Notes: a model not told the origin generated them from the letters alone. Shown: positions 44,720 to 53,942, numbered from the stretch's first letter. The stretch: 64,000 bases of DNA from a virus (IMGVR_UViG_3300005329_000001); one strand, 5' to 3'. Translations and numbers: made by a program.

Positions 44720-44805
44720 TCGACTTCGCCATCTTCCTCTGGAGCTGCCTGCTCTGGGCGAACCCGCTGTACATCGTCTATAGACTCCTACGTGACAAAT
44801 GAACT

Positions 44806-44852
44806 GGAGAGCCTTCGGGCTCTTCTTAGCTAAAAAGAGGGGAGTGGGCCCC
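44806..44852. terminator. two tandem hairpins (bidirectional terminator) between convergent genes
   Basis: gagagcc-ttcg-ggctcttc then TTAGCT then aagaggggagtgggcccctctt. Confidence 0.5.
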
Positions 44853-44862
44853 TCTTGTGCTT

Positions 44863-45492
44863 CTAGTCGCGCGAGTCGTACAGATCCTGGCCCTCTTCCG
44901 GCAGCGGAAGCTCTTTGGCGAGGAGCTCGAGCGTCATCTTCACCTTGCCCTCGGTTGCGATGATCACCTCGGCCGACCGCTTCATGCGATTGTACTTGGT
45001 GACGTCCTCCCACCCCATCGCGTCGTAGAGTGGGTGGTCGAGGAACGGGCTATTGAGCTCGAAGAAATCCTCGAGGATCTCCAATTCCTCCTCCGAGAAG
45101 AGCTCGAGTCGGGCGAGGTATTCGACCATCTTCCCTCTGACCCTGGAAGAGGAGAGGACGGTGTCCACGGCGATTTTGTCGAGCCTCTCGACGGCGGAGA
45201 TGAACAGCGAACCGATGTTGCACACGTGGCAGGCGGGAGCCACGCGCAGCGCGTCTCGGAGATCTTTGCCGATGTGGTTCTCGATGAAGTTGAACGGGCT
45301 GCAGTAGGCGAGTCCATCGATGATGGGGCTGTAGTAGTTGCTCGCCGGGTGGAACTTCTCGAGCTTGAGTTGCAGCAGAACGTCCTGCGCGAGCATGACT
45401 CGCTTGGTGGGCGGATCGGCCGACAAGAATTTTTCGTTGGTTTCCTCGAGGCGTTTGTAGTACTCGGCGAATTTCTGTTCATTGGAAAGCAT
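44863..45492 (-). CDS. hypothetical protein, paralog B of duplicated leftward gene
   Basis: internal ATG MLSNEQKF with SD cggaggttcaca and motif GCGGAGATAAGG. Confidence 0.55.
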   Translation of the reverse strand: MLSNEQKFAEYYKRLEETNEKFLSADPPTKRVMLAQDVLLQLKLEKFHPASNYYSPIIDGLAYCSPFNFIENHIGKDLRDALRVAPACHVCNIGSLFISAVERLDKIAVDTVLSSSRVRGKMVEYLARLELFSEEELEILEDFFELNSPFLDHPLYDAMGWEDVTKYNRMKRSAEVIIATEGKVKMTLELLAKELPLPEEGQDLYDSRD

Positions 45493-45510
45493 TGTGAACC
45501 TCCGTGCTTT

Positions 45511-45558
45511 CCTTATCTCCGCGAAGAGATTTTTCTTGGGATCTTGTGATAAGAGTAT
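45511..45558. promoter_or_regulatory. divergent control region: GGAGATAAGG (for 44863..45492), T-rich ATTTTTCTTGGGATCTT, GTGATAAGAGTAT (for 45587..46036)
   Basis: paralogous to 42657..42698 region. Confidence 0.4.
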
Positions 45559-45586
45559 CGAGACGCTTTTCTTACTTGAGGAGATG

Positions 45587-46036
45587 ACCATGGACAAGAC
45601 GATCGTGACGGAATTGGTGTTCGACGTTCCCGGGACCGAGATGATCGAGGCACTGTCGAAGAAGGCCGAGGAGTGCCGCAGTAAGGCCGACGCATTCGGA
45701 CAGATTTTGGAAGAGGCGCTGGTCGCAGGAGTGACAGCGGAGTCGGTGCAGAAGGCCTGCAAGCTCTCCGGCGAAGAATTCCGCAAGGAGTATCTGCCCG
45801 AGGCTCCGCAGTTCGTCGCGAACCTGCAGCGACATCGGGAGTACTACTCCAAACAGGCGGTGTCCTGGGGCTGGTCGGCGTCCCACGTCGTCACGAACTC
45901 GATCTATCGCATCAGCATCGCCGACGCGGACAAGATGTCGCTCATCGATCTCCCCTCTCGTCTCTACGGAGAATTCTGCGACTACTCGAGAGCGCTGATG
46001 AAAGAGGCGGTGTCGGAGGGCTCTGCCGAGCGATGA
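45587..46036 (+). CDS. hypothetical protein
   Basis: 149-aa ORF, SD gaggagatgacc. Confidence 0.5.
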   Translation, partial: TMDKTIVTELVFDVPGTEMIEALSKKAEECRSKADAFGQILEEALVAGVTAESVQKACKLSGEEFRKEYLPEAPQFVANLQRHREYYSKQAVSWGWSASHVVTNSIYRISIADADKMSLIDLPSRLYGEFCDYSRALMKEAVSEGSAER

Positions 46037-46296
46037 TCCTCAGTGACGAGGAGAAGGCAAAAGTCCTAGCCCGTCTGCCGGAGCACAAAGACCATGAGCT
46101 CATCTCGTTCGAACTCGAAGACTTCCTCTTCGTCGTCAAGTGCTCGTGCGGCGCGAAGATCAAGTACACCTGGCAGCCGATCCACGTCGCGGCCCACATC
46201 AAGAAGCAGTTCTGGGACGCAAAGAAAAGACGCTGGGTCGAAATTCACCATGACCAGCAGTGCCGCTTCCAGCAGTTCTGCACGTGCGACAACTGA
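46033..46296 (+). CDS. small Cys/His-rich protein
   Basis: 87-aa ORF, ATGA coupling. Confidence 0.45.
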   Translation: MILSDEEKAKVLARLPEHKDHELISFELEDFLFVVKCSCGAKIKYTWQPIHVAAHIKKQFWDAKKRRWVEIHHDQQCRFQQFCTCDN

Positions 46297-46340
46297 CTTC
46301 TTCTTGGGCAAGGTGCCGAGGAAGTTCAACGGCAAGCCAA

Positions 46341-46576
46341 TGAGCTACTGGCAGAAGGTGGCAAACCGGCTCGTCATCGAGTGCCTCATCATGGCGGCTC
46401 AGATCGATGTTCGCTCGCTGCCCGGGTCAATCGCGAGTCGGAGGCTGCTCGAGCTTGCAAGCAACGAGGGCCCGGAGGTCTTCAAAGAGGTCATGGAGCA
46501 GCGCGCCCTCTTCATGCGCAACCTGCTCCTGTTTCGCGAAACCTTTGCGCTGAGCAAGAGGAGGGCTGCAAAATGA
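46341..46576 (+). CDS. hypothetical protein
   Basis: part of track ORF 46094..46576; start uncertain. Confidence 0.3.
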
Positions 46577-46950
46577 GCGAGTCGTTGGGGCCGGTGGACT
46601 ACGCCGGCGAGCCTCCGCGGTCATACTGCTGCGCCAAGTGCAGGGCTTTCGGTGTGAAGCTCTGGCGCCAGTACCAGACGATGGCCGACTACATCGAGCT
46701 GCTCTGCGCAGACTGCGCTTGTAAGTCTCGAGAATCGACGAAGAACCTCGTCGTGGACGATGACGGCAAGCACGAGAGCCCGACAACCGGGCTTCGAAGC
46801 GACCAGATCGGGTGGTTGGTACCGGCTGTGCCTACGGAAGACGGTGAGACCTTCTGGGGCTATTCATCCGTGCCTCAAGAGGGCGTAGACTGGTGGAAAA
46901 GAATGCCCACCAGGAAGAAGGCGGAAGATGGCGCAGTGCAGGGACTGTGA
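46573..46950 (+). CDS. Cys-rich zinc-ribbon protein
   Basis: ATGA coupling; CCAKCRAFG...CADCAC. Confidence 0.45.
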   Translation: MSESLGPVDYAGEPPRSYCCAKCRAFGVKLWRQYQTMADYIELLCADCACKSRESTKNLVVDDDGKHESPTTGLRSDQIGWLVPAVPTEDGETFWGYSSVPQEGVDWWKRMPTRKKAEDGAVQGL

Positions 46951-47155
46951 ATTCGACATCGTCTGGGCCGACCGGGACGGCAAAGCGGTTCCGTTCGACG
47001 AGCGCCCCCTGCGTCGCTCAGCAGACGTCCTGGCCCAGAACAAGGCCTACGTCTTGATCAACGGCAAGGCGAAGAGGGCGACGCAAGACGATCTTCGACT
47101 TCATCGAGACCTTCACACCTGCCACTTCGACACCTGCACCTCCAAATCACGATGA
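46928..47155 (+). CDS. small hypothetical protein
   Basis: 75-aa ORF. Confidence 0.4.
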   Translation: MAQCRDCEFDIVWADRDGKAVPFDERPLRRSADVLAQNKAYVLINGKAKRATQDDLRLHRDLHTCHFDTCTSKSR

Positions 47156-47273
47156 GCCAGAAAGTCAACCACAGACGGGGAAGTAAACGGCACCAGGACA
47201 ACGGCCCGACGTACGAGAGCCACACTCCGAACGCTGGCTGCAACTCAACACACGTGGCGAGAGGAAGGAAGAA

Positions 47274-47489
47274 TTGGAAAAGGATAAACGCTCGAGCGGA
47301 GCGCCGAAGTGCGAGAGATGCGATGACACCGGCGTCATTGACACTGGAAACAACGACTTCCCCTGCGACTGCCCGGCAGCGGAGACCGTGATCTTCAACG
47401 TCATGGGGCGCGGCCAGGTCACCGGGAAGCAGCTCTTGGACGAGTTCCATGCTCGCCACAAGATGCCGCTGCCGGACTACCTCAAATGA
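47274..47489 (+). CDS. small zinc-ribbon protein (CERCDD...CDC)
   Basis: 71-aa ORF. Confidence 0.4.
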   Translation: MEKDKRSSGAPKCERCDDTGVIDTGNNDFPCDCPAAETVIFNVMGRGQVTGKQLLDEFHARHKMPLPDYLK

Positions 47490-47683
47490 GCTCGTCGGTC
47501 ATGATGTGGATCTTTCGAGGGTCCATCATCACCCTGGCGAGCATGCTAGGGACGTATGCCATCCGAGCCTGCCTGGGGCCCACTCACGTCTCCGTCGGCG
47601 TGGTCGTTGGCCTGCCCTTCATCCTCGTCATCCTCATGTGGATTGGGGTCTGGATCGGGACCCTAACTCCTCGCGATCAGTAA
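47486..47683 (+). CDS. small two-TM membrane protein
   Basis: 65-aa ORF, ATGA coupling; terminator follows. Confidence 0.45.
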   Translation: MSSSVMMWIFRGSIITLASMLGTYAIRACLGPTHVSVGVVVGLPFILVILMWIGVWIGTLTPRDQ

Positions 47684-47741
47684 AAATCCTACCTGGAGAG
47701 CTCTCGCTCTCCTTAGCTTTTGGAGTAGACTGAGATCCGAC

Positions 47742-48053
47742 ATGAGCGAAGACGACAAGAACAAGCCCACCGACCTCAACGAGTTCAAACAGCGCAAGAC
47801 CGAAGAGGCCCAGAAGCGCGACTGGGAGAATGGAGAAGGCTTTCGCTGGATGAACCAGCCATTCGTCGACGCAGATTTCGGAATCATCTCTGACAAAGAG
47901 ATGCCGATCGTCATGCTCATCCCCGGCTTCGGAGAAGCGACTGGGATTCGGATGTCGATAGATGATGCCGAGAAGATCGGCATGTCCCTCATCCAGGCCG
48001 CCGGCGTCGAGCGCGCCAGCCGAGAGCAGGGTGATGACGAGGAGGCTGGCTGA
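47742..48053 (+). CDS. hypothetical acidic protein
   Basis: 103-aa ORF. Confidence 0.5.
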   Translation: MSEDDKNKPTDLNEFKQRKTEEAQKRDWENGEGFRWMNQPFVDADFGIISDKEMPIVMLIPGFGEATGIRMSIDDAEKIGMSLIQAAGVERASREQGDDEEAG

Positions 48054-48307
48054 TGGCCCTCATCTGCGATCGCAGCCCCTGTGACCGCCTTCTGCAGGCT
48101 TTGGGTCGTTTCTCCTTCGGCGCGATCGTAGACGCGAAGGACGTCGTCACCCTCGAGGTCCTGACCACCTCCGGCCACGAGACTATCGTCATCGAGTACT
48201 GCCCCTTCTGCGGGACGCGGCTCGATGAGATCGGTCCCGGCCTGCTCGAGCGGTTCCTGATGAAGCGGCCACGCGAGGTTCTCAGAGAAAGAGGCGGCGG
48301 TGGCTGA
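48053..48307 (+). CDS. small Cys-containing protein
   Basis: 84-aa ORF, ATGA coupling. Confidence 0.45.
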   Translation: MALICDRSPCDRLLQALGRFSFGAIVDAKDVVTLEVLTTSGHETIVIEYCPFCGTRLDEIGPGLLERFLMKRPREVLRERGGGG

Positions 48308-48495
48308 TGACTCCAAGCGAGAGGGCGGAGGCTAGAAAACTGCTCGAGCAACTCGAAGCACACATCGCCCGTGTCAAAGAGAAGAATCTCGACGTCCTCA
48401 ACTCCACCGAAATCGAGAAGGTCAAGAAATACCTAGACAAGCTGACAACTGTTAGGGATCGCATCTACAGGAGGTTGGCGAAATGTTCATCGTGA
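48307..48495 (+). CDS. small coiled-coil protein
   Basis: 62-aa ORF, ATGA coupling. Confidence 0.45.
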   Translation: MTPSERAEARKLLEQLEAHIARVKEKNLDVLNSTEIEKVKKYLDKLTTVRDRIYRRLAKCSS

Positions 48496-49034
48496 GAGTT
48501 CGTGCAACCAGCGACATGGAGGACGAGATCTTCGGACCGTTCTCCAGTCCGCAGTGGGCGAAGCGATTCATGGAGAGGATGGAGGGACGCGGCCTGCTAA
48601 TGGATCTGGACTACCTCCATACACCTCGTCTGGTGGGACTGTCTGAGGACGGTGGGCTGAATGTCGTGTTCGACCCGGAGAAAGGAATGGACGGTATGGG
48701 AGAGATCGTCGGCCTCGTCTACACTGATATGAACAAGATGTTCCTTCAGAAGATTGAGAAGGACGTCGGCCGTGTCAGGGAGATCTGCGAAATCTACATC
48801 TCCGACCGAGTCAAGTCGCACGCCCACAGGCGCAAAATGAAGCTCACGTCCTCGGACGTCGGCATCACGCTCACCGACGCCAAGGTGGTCATCAACTTCA
48901 CCCTCACCAAAGAGAACGGAGACAAGGCCCCATTCGTCTTCGCCTGGGAGAGGGCAGCCATCGAGTCATCGGAGGATCCCATCACAGCCATGATCGAAGA
49001 TCGAGTCAAAGGAGCCATTGACGCGCTAGGATAG
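48483..49034 (+). CDS. hypothetical protein
   Basis: 183-aa ORF. Confidence 0.5.
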   Translation: MFIVRVRATSDMEDEIFGPFSSPQWAKRFMERMEGRGLLMDLDYLHTPRLVGLSEDGGLNVVFDPEKGMDGMGEIVGLVYTDMNKMFLQKIEKDVGRVREICEIYISDRVKSHAHRRKMKLTSSDVGITLTDAKVVINFTLTKENGDKAPFVFAWERAAIESSEDPITAMIEDRVKGAIDALG

Positions 49035-49049
49035 GGGAGGAGGCGTCAC

Positions 49050-49793
49050 ATGAAGAAGCTGATCACAGTCGGGGAGCCCTTGAAGCCAGAAGAGCGCAGG
49101 AAGCTCGAGATGGTGATCAAGGTCAGTCTCATCACGGCCGTCAAAGAACAGATCGAGAAGCTCATCCTCCCTCCCATGGTGGAGGGCAGCACCTATCAGT
49201 TCCGGCCGGTAATCCACTACACCGCCGAAGACATCATGGCCGCCGCCAAGGATGCCGGCGTCACCCTGCAGAGGACGGAAGAGATCGAAGAAGACGTGCC
49301 CCCTGTCGATCGAACCGCGGTCACGACGCTCCGCGGCAGCACCATCGAGGAGGTCCGCAAGCAGCAGGAGAAGCAGAAGGTCGGCATGCACGCTGACTAC
49401 ATCGTTCTGAGCTCGGAGGAGCGCCAGAAGGGCTTCAAGAGGCCCGTGCGGCGCAGCTATAGGCACGTCGGAAAGCCGCCTCCGAAGCACCCGCTGCGCG
49501 ACCTGACGCCGGAGGAGAAGGAGCGGTACAAGAGCTTCAACTATTACAGGTTCGAGGCCTATCCTCCTAGCGCGAGCTCTGTCACTGGGAGGTTCTGGAC
49601 CAAGAAAGATCTCGAGAGCGTCGAGACGGGCTGCGGAGTGGTGACGACCATGAGCGTAGCCCTCGCAGAGACGTACGCACGCGACCCCGGCTTCTACGGC
49701 TCGACCTTCTGCTGTGGCTGCAACACGCACCTGCCGGTGGGAGAGGCTGGTGAGTTCGTCTGGGATGGGACAACCGAGAGAGTCGGAACATGA
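49050..49793 (+). CDS. hypothetical protein with C-terminal CCGC cluster
   Basis: 247-aa ORF, SD ggggaggaggcgtcac. Confidence 0.5.
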   Translation: MKKLITVGEPLKPEERRKLEMVIKVSLITAVKEQIEKLILPPMVEGSTYQFRPVIHYTAEDIMAAAKDAGVTLQRTEEIEEDVPPVDRTAVTTLRGSTIEEVRKQQEKQKVGMHADYIVLSSEERQKGFKRPVRRSYRHVGKPPPKHPLRDLTPEEKERYKSFNYYRFEAYPPSASSVTGRFWTKKDLESVETGCGVVTTMSVALAETYARDPGFYGSTFCCGCNTHLPVGEAGEFVWDGTTERVGT

Positions 49794-50224
49794 TCAAGAA
49801 GGAAGATTGTCCGTGCGAGTGCCACAAGCCTGGGCTGCATTTTGCTCACGGTGGTCCTTGTTGCGGTGTCGAAGAGCTCGGCATCGACCGCTTCGTCATC
49901 ACCGCGCCAATCATGCAGGGCCCGTTCACGGGGCTACTACTCGAGACGGATGAGGCTCGGCCCTACGCAGCCGCCGGTCCTTTCGCGCTGACGTACGACT
50001 CTAGGGAACTCGAGATCCGCCGCGTGCATGTGGACCTGCACCCGTACCTAGAGAAGATCCAGGTGGCCTACAACAAGGTCGCAGCCATGAACCTGCGACC
50101 AGAGCGGATCACAATCCTCAAGGGCGAGGTAGCCGTACATCCCCAGTTCGAAGAGCACTATATGTGCCCGTTCTGCTATCCAGAAATGCAGCGCGCCGTC
50201 AGGTCCCCGAAGTACGAGGTCTGA
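49790..50224 (+). CDS. Cys-rich hypothetical protein (CPCECH...PCCG...CPFC)
   Basis: 144-aa ORF; bidirectional terminator follows. Confidence 0.5.
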   Translation: MIKKEDCPCECHKPGLHFAHGGPCCGVEELGIDRFVITAPIMQGPFTGLLLETDEARPYAAAGPFALTYDSRELEIRRVHVDLHPYLEKIQVAYNKVAAMNLRPERITILKGEVAVHPQFEEHYMCPFCYPEMQRAVRSPKYEV

Positions 50225-50228
50225 TGGC

Positions 50229-50253
50229 TAAAAAGAGGGCGCTGTCGCCCTCT
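50229..50253. terminator. bidirectional terminator between convergent genes
   Basis: aaagagggcg-ctgt-cgccctctt flanked by gctaaaa / agctatt. Confidence 0.55.
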
Positions 50254-50259
50254 TAGCTA

Positions 50260-50811
50260 TTACTTCTTCCTGCGCTTCTCGTCGAACGCCGGCGGCAGAG
50301 CCAGAGCCTTCTGCACATCATTCAGGCGCTTCAGGTTCGGAGAGACCGTCGTTTCGAACCAGGCCTTGAGTGGCTTGTTCTCGGCGGTGTTGGGAATCTC
50401 AGATGTGTTGACCAGAGCGGCTGTCTGCTGCAAGCCGGCGGCAGCGCGATCGAAGGTCTTCTTCCGCTCGATGAGTCGACCCTTGAGAACGTCGAGGCTG
50501 CCGGTGGTTGCCCGCACTCCGATGCCGGAGAGGTTCTCAAGCTCGCGCCCGTACGATTCGATGAGGTACTTGCGAGCTCGTGAGGCTGTCTTGCGGATGA
50601 GCTGGGTGCTCTGGCTGTTCTCCCTCGGAGTCGAAGCTAGGCCCATCACAACGCGGGTGACGAAGCCCCAGGAGTAGTACTTCTGTGGCTGGTGCTTCGC
50701 GGCCCAGTCGAGGAAATGGGCGACGCTCTTGTAGTGGGCCGTCCGCTCGTCGTCGGGGAGAGGAGAGTAGCCCTTGATGTTGTCGTGCGACTTCGCAGCA
50801 GCCATGTTCAT
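50260..50811 (-). CDS. hypothetical protein
   Basis: 183-aa ORF, SD ggaggaccta. Confidence 0.5.
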   Translation of the reverse strand: MNMAAAKSHDNIKGYSPLPDDERTAHYKSVAHFLDWAAKHQPQKYYSWGFVTRVVMGLASTPRENSQSTQLIRKTASRARKYLIESYGRELENLSGIGVRATTGSLDVLKGRLIERKKTFDRAAAGLQQTAALVNTSEIPNTAENKPLKAWFETTVSPNLKRLNDVQKALALPPAFDEKRRKK

Positions 50812-51710
50812 AGGTCCTCCAGAATTTGATAGGCCTCCACCACGCTTTCGTACATCTCTCTCGTGTCGTCGGTGCCTGACGAATCAGGATGATACTTTGC
50901 CGCGAGAGTTTTGTACTGCTTCTTCGCCTTCTTCTTGAAGTCTTCTGAGATCCTACCTCCGAGCGGTGGATCAAGATGAAGAACGTGACAGGCCTGAATG
51001 ATCTTCCCGCGATTCATGCCACGTCGCTGGCTCTCCGATGTCCGTCGCATACGGTCGAGCTTGTGCTGGTAGTGCTCGAGAATCACCCGGAGCTCGCCTT
51101 CGAACTCCCGGTACGTCTTCTCGATCACGCCGGGATCCACACCCTCGAGCCGAGCATGGAAGTAGCCGGAGATCATGCCCCTAAGGTTTGCCCAGAAGAG
51201 CTTCGGATCGTCGTCTTTGCCCGTCTCCTGAACCTCTTCCACCACGGGCGCCGGTGGAGGGGGTACGACAATCCGAGGAGGGGCACTCGGGTTGCGCTTG
51301 TGAATCACCGAGCCGTCAGGCAGAAGAGCAGCCGGGAAGGAGTCGTATTCTTCCAACGTCTTGGTGAGCGCAGCGGCTACCTCTACACCCAGCATCGAGG
51401 CCTTCTGCTTCGCCTCCCTCATCAGCTTGGTAGCCGTCCGCAGCGGCAATTTTTCATCACGGATGCGCAGCCACAGCACATCAGCGACGTCGCCGTAGCC
51501 GAGCAAGGTCGAGCGTCCTTCGATCGCGTAGGGAGTCTCCTCGAGCTCCTTGGACAGCCACTCTCGCTTGGAGAGCAGAGATCCATCGGTGCGATTGATG
51601 GTTGGAAGAGCGGCCTGCCAAATCTGACGCTCGAGAACGGCCAGCTCCTTCTCGCTCTTGCCGTCCTTGTGGTTCTTGTACAGCGCAATCAGCTTCTGGT
51701 AGTCCTCCAT
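50808..51710 (-). CDS. J-domain (DnaJ-like) co-chaperone protein
   Basis: C-terminal KKQYKTLAAKYHPDSSGTDDTREMYESVVEAYQILEDL with HPD tripeptide; SD ggagaggttgagca. Confidence 0.7.
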   Translation of the reverse strand: MEDYQKLIALYKNHKDGKSEKELAVLERQIWQAALPTINRTDGSLLSKREWLSKELEETPYAIEGRSTLLGYGDVADVLWLRIRDEKLPLRTATKLMREAKQKASMLGVEVAAALTKTLEEYDSFPAALLPDGSVIHKRNPSAPPRIVVPPPPAPVVEEVQETGKDDDPKLFWANLRGMISGYFHARLEGVDPGVIEKTYREFEGELRVILEHYQHKLDRMRRTSESQRRGMNRGKIIQACHVLHLDPPLGGRISEDFKKKAKKQYKTLAAKYHPDSSGTDDTREMYESVVEAYQILEDL

Positions 51711-51713
51711 TGC

Positions 51714-52307
51714 TCAACCTCTCCTGAGGATCTTGTCTACTTCGGAGTCGATTCTTAGGACTTCGTCGACCTTCGCTTCGATGGTCTCGAGACGTTGGCG
51801 AAGATATACTATGTTCTCGGCGACCATGATCAACGTCTTGAGGATCTCGTCGCCAACGTTGCCCTGCGGTGCCTGTTCTTGCTCCGGTTCCGGCTCTGGA
51901 GGAGGCGCTTCAAAGGTGACCTGCTGCACAGGAGTAGGCAATCGACGGGCGGCTGGTGTAGCCGGAAGCGTGAGATCCGGTGGGGGCGCGACCGGCTCTG
52001 GCTCAGATTCCGCGACTGTTGGAATCACGCCGCGCTTGAAGTACCACTCGGCGAGGCCGACTGGGTTCTCAGCAAGTCTCGAGAACCATCCTTCATCGAC
52101 TGCCTGGTAGCAGGTCTCGGCGGGGTTCACTGCCGGATGCTTGATGATGAGCTCTTCTTTCATGAGCCTCGCCATGAAGGCCGCATGCCATGATTCCTGA
52201 GCCCCGTCGAAGATCTCCTTGCGCTTCAGCATTCTTCCAGAAGCCAGGACGATGAACGCCTCTCCGACGTCCTGGAGTCGCTGACGCTGGTTCTGATGCG
52301 CTGACAT
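51714..52307 (-). CDS. hypothetical protein with Pro/Glu-rich linker
   Basis: internal ATG MSAHQNQ; variant motif GGCGATAAGTCTC upstream. Confidence 0.45.
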   Translation of the reverse strand: MSAHQNQRQRLQDVGEAFIVLASGRMLKRKEIFDGAQESWHAAFMARLMKEELIIKHPAVNPAETCYQAVDEGWFSRLAENPVGLAEWYFKRGVIPTVAESEPEPVAPPPDLTLPATPAARRLPTPVQQVTFEAPPPEPEPEQEQAPQGNVGDEILKTLIMVAENIVYLRQRLETIEAKVDEVLRIDSEVDKILRRG

Positions 52308-52385
52308 TGGCGCCCCCGAATAAAGAGAAAGGTTGATCACAGAGACTTATCGCCGTCGACGCGGGGAATTTGAGCGAGAGCTAAA

Positions 52386-52406
52386 GAGAAGGCAAGAAGC
52401 CTTCTC
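52386..52406 (-). terminator. hairpin terminator with CTTTAGCT tail
   Basis: gagaaggc-aaga-agccttctc; 3' of gene ending 52415. Confidence 0.45.
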
Positions 52407-52414
52407 GGTGGGAC

Positions 52415-53629
52415 TTAGATGGCTGCGCGAATTCGTGCGACCTGCTGCACCATGTACCGCTCGAGGTCGTTGTAGTTGACGTTGACCAGAACGTTCGCGC
52501 CGCCGTTGATATACGTGGCTTGTTGCTGCTCTTTCGGCGGGGAAATGCCGAGTAGATGAATCTCTTCGAGAGCGGCGTCGTAGTTCTTAGCCCATGTGAT
52601 GTTGGAGCGCGTCCAGACGTCAGCCTCGCTTGCCTCGACCATGAGCAGCTTGCCGATGACGTGATCGGTCGGCGGAGTCTTGGAGCCGTAGTCGAGGTGG
52701 ATGCAGAGATCGGAGATTGGCTCGCCCATCTTCCAGACCTTGATCCTCTTGTGGATGTGGACCTGGTAGATGAGGCCTGTGGTGCCGCCCGCAACGGCGA
52801 TGAACCCGTGTCGAAGATACCGGCGGAACTGCTCCTGCGACACCATCTTGCGGAGGAGTTGAAGAGCCTTGATCTCCGACGGTGAGGCCTGGTCGAAGAG
52901 TCGACTGCTATCGAAGGAGCGCAGCGGGTTGCCGATGTGGTTGTCTGGCTGCTTGACGCGAAGCTGTTCTTTGAAGCGCTGCTTCTGCTGCCTCTTGGCT
53001 TGCTCCTTGGCCCAGTTCGCCGCCAACTTCTCGTAGGCTTCGGCCGACATCGCGGTAACTTCGTTCTGGACCTTGCGCCACATGTACTCTGGCGGCATGT
53101 TGAAGTCCGTAGTCGCGTCGTTCCACGTGATTCGCTTGGAGTGGTACCAAGTCGGCCTGACTTCCCATGTCCCGTTGCTGGACCAATCGAGCGCGTCCCG
53201 CATCGCTTGATACTTCGATGCGCGCTGAGCGGCGGCCCACTCAATGCGGACGAATTCTTCGTCGTGCCATCCGGTGTTGGTTGCTTCATGGCGACAACGA
53301 ATCCAGTCGGCGGCTTGATGAAGCCTGTCCTGCAGAGCTCTGCCGTAGGCCTCTTCGTACTCTGGGTCGGTTCCAGTGATGCTGGAGGCTGTTCCGACCC
53401 TCACGATCCCAGCCGGCGCTCCGACGATGCTGTTGTTCACCGTCAGGGTGATGGGGCTCGTGACAGCCGCGGTCGATGCGCTGATGACGAAGGCTGTAGT
53501 GTTGCCGGAGGTGCTGTAGATTGGGACGACTTCAACCGGGGATGGTGTTAGGGACGAGGATGATTTCTTCGAGACTGGGGTCGAAGGTGTCGATTCGGTG
53601 GCTTCGCTTGCCGGCAGAGTTTGTGGCAT
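52415..53629 (-). CDS. hypothetical protein with Ser/Thr-rich N-terminus
   Basis: 404-aa ORF; terminator hairpin downstream. Confidence 0.5.
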   Translation of the reverse strand: MPQTLPASEATESTPSTPVSKKSSSSLTPSPVEVVPIYSTSGNTTAFVISASTAAVTSPITLTVNNSIVGAPAGIVRVGTASSITGTDPEYEEAYGRALQDRLHQAADWIRCRHEATNTGWHDEEFVRIEWAAAQRASKYQAMRDALDWSSNGTWEVRPTWYHSKRITWNDATTDFNMPPEYMWRKVQNEVTAMSAEAYEKLAANWAKEQAKRQQKQRFKEQLRVKQPDNHIGNPLRSFDSSRLFDQASPSEIKALQLLRKMVSQEQFRRYLRHGFIAVAGGTTGLIYQVHIHKRIKVWKMGEPISDLCIHLDYGSKTPPTDHVIGKLLMVEASEADVWTRSNITWAKNYDAALEEIHLLGISPPKEQQQATYINGGANVLVNVNYNDLERYMVQQVARIRAAI

Positions 53630-53942
53630 ATGCTCTGTACCCCTTCTTGATCAGCTCGTTGTACTTGGCGTAGGCCTCGCGAACCTGCGTTGGATCTCGC
53701 CGGTCCCAAGTGACCAGATCGTCGCCACTCTCCGAGAGGATGCGGAAGAGGCCCCTGTTCGGGTCGCGCGCCGGCGGGTCGAGGACGATCTCGCCGTGTG
53801 GGGTCTGCGTGCGCTCCACAAAGCCCTGCTTCTTGAGTTCCTCGGCCTTGATCCGCGCCTCGCAGCACTGCTCGAGAATGTTCGGATCGTAGTTGATGAC
53901 GTGTCCTCGACTATGCGAGGCGTCACCCAGTTGAAGTGGCAT
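53532..53942 (-). CDS. hypothetical protein
   Basis: internal ATG MPLQLGDAS; 3' end overlaps 52415..53629 by 98 nt. Confidence 0.4.
   Translation of the reverse strand: MPLQLGDASHSRGHVINYDPNILEQCCEARIKAEELKKQGFVERTQTPHGEIVLDPPARDPNRGLFRILSESGDDLVTWDRRDPTQVREAYAKYNELIKKGYRAYATNSAGKRSHRIDTFDPSLEEIILVPNTIPG

Noticed and set aside
47152-47391. 79-aa Arg-rich ORF overlapping 47274..47489
   Set aside because: Basic low-complexity off-frame product; the overlapping CxxC-containing frame is more gene-like
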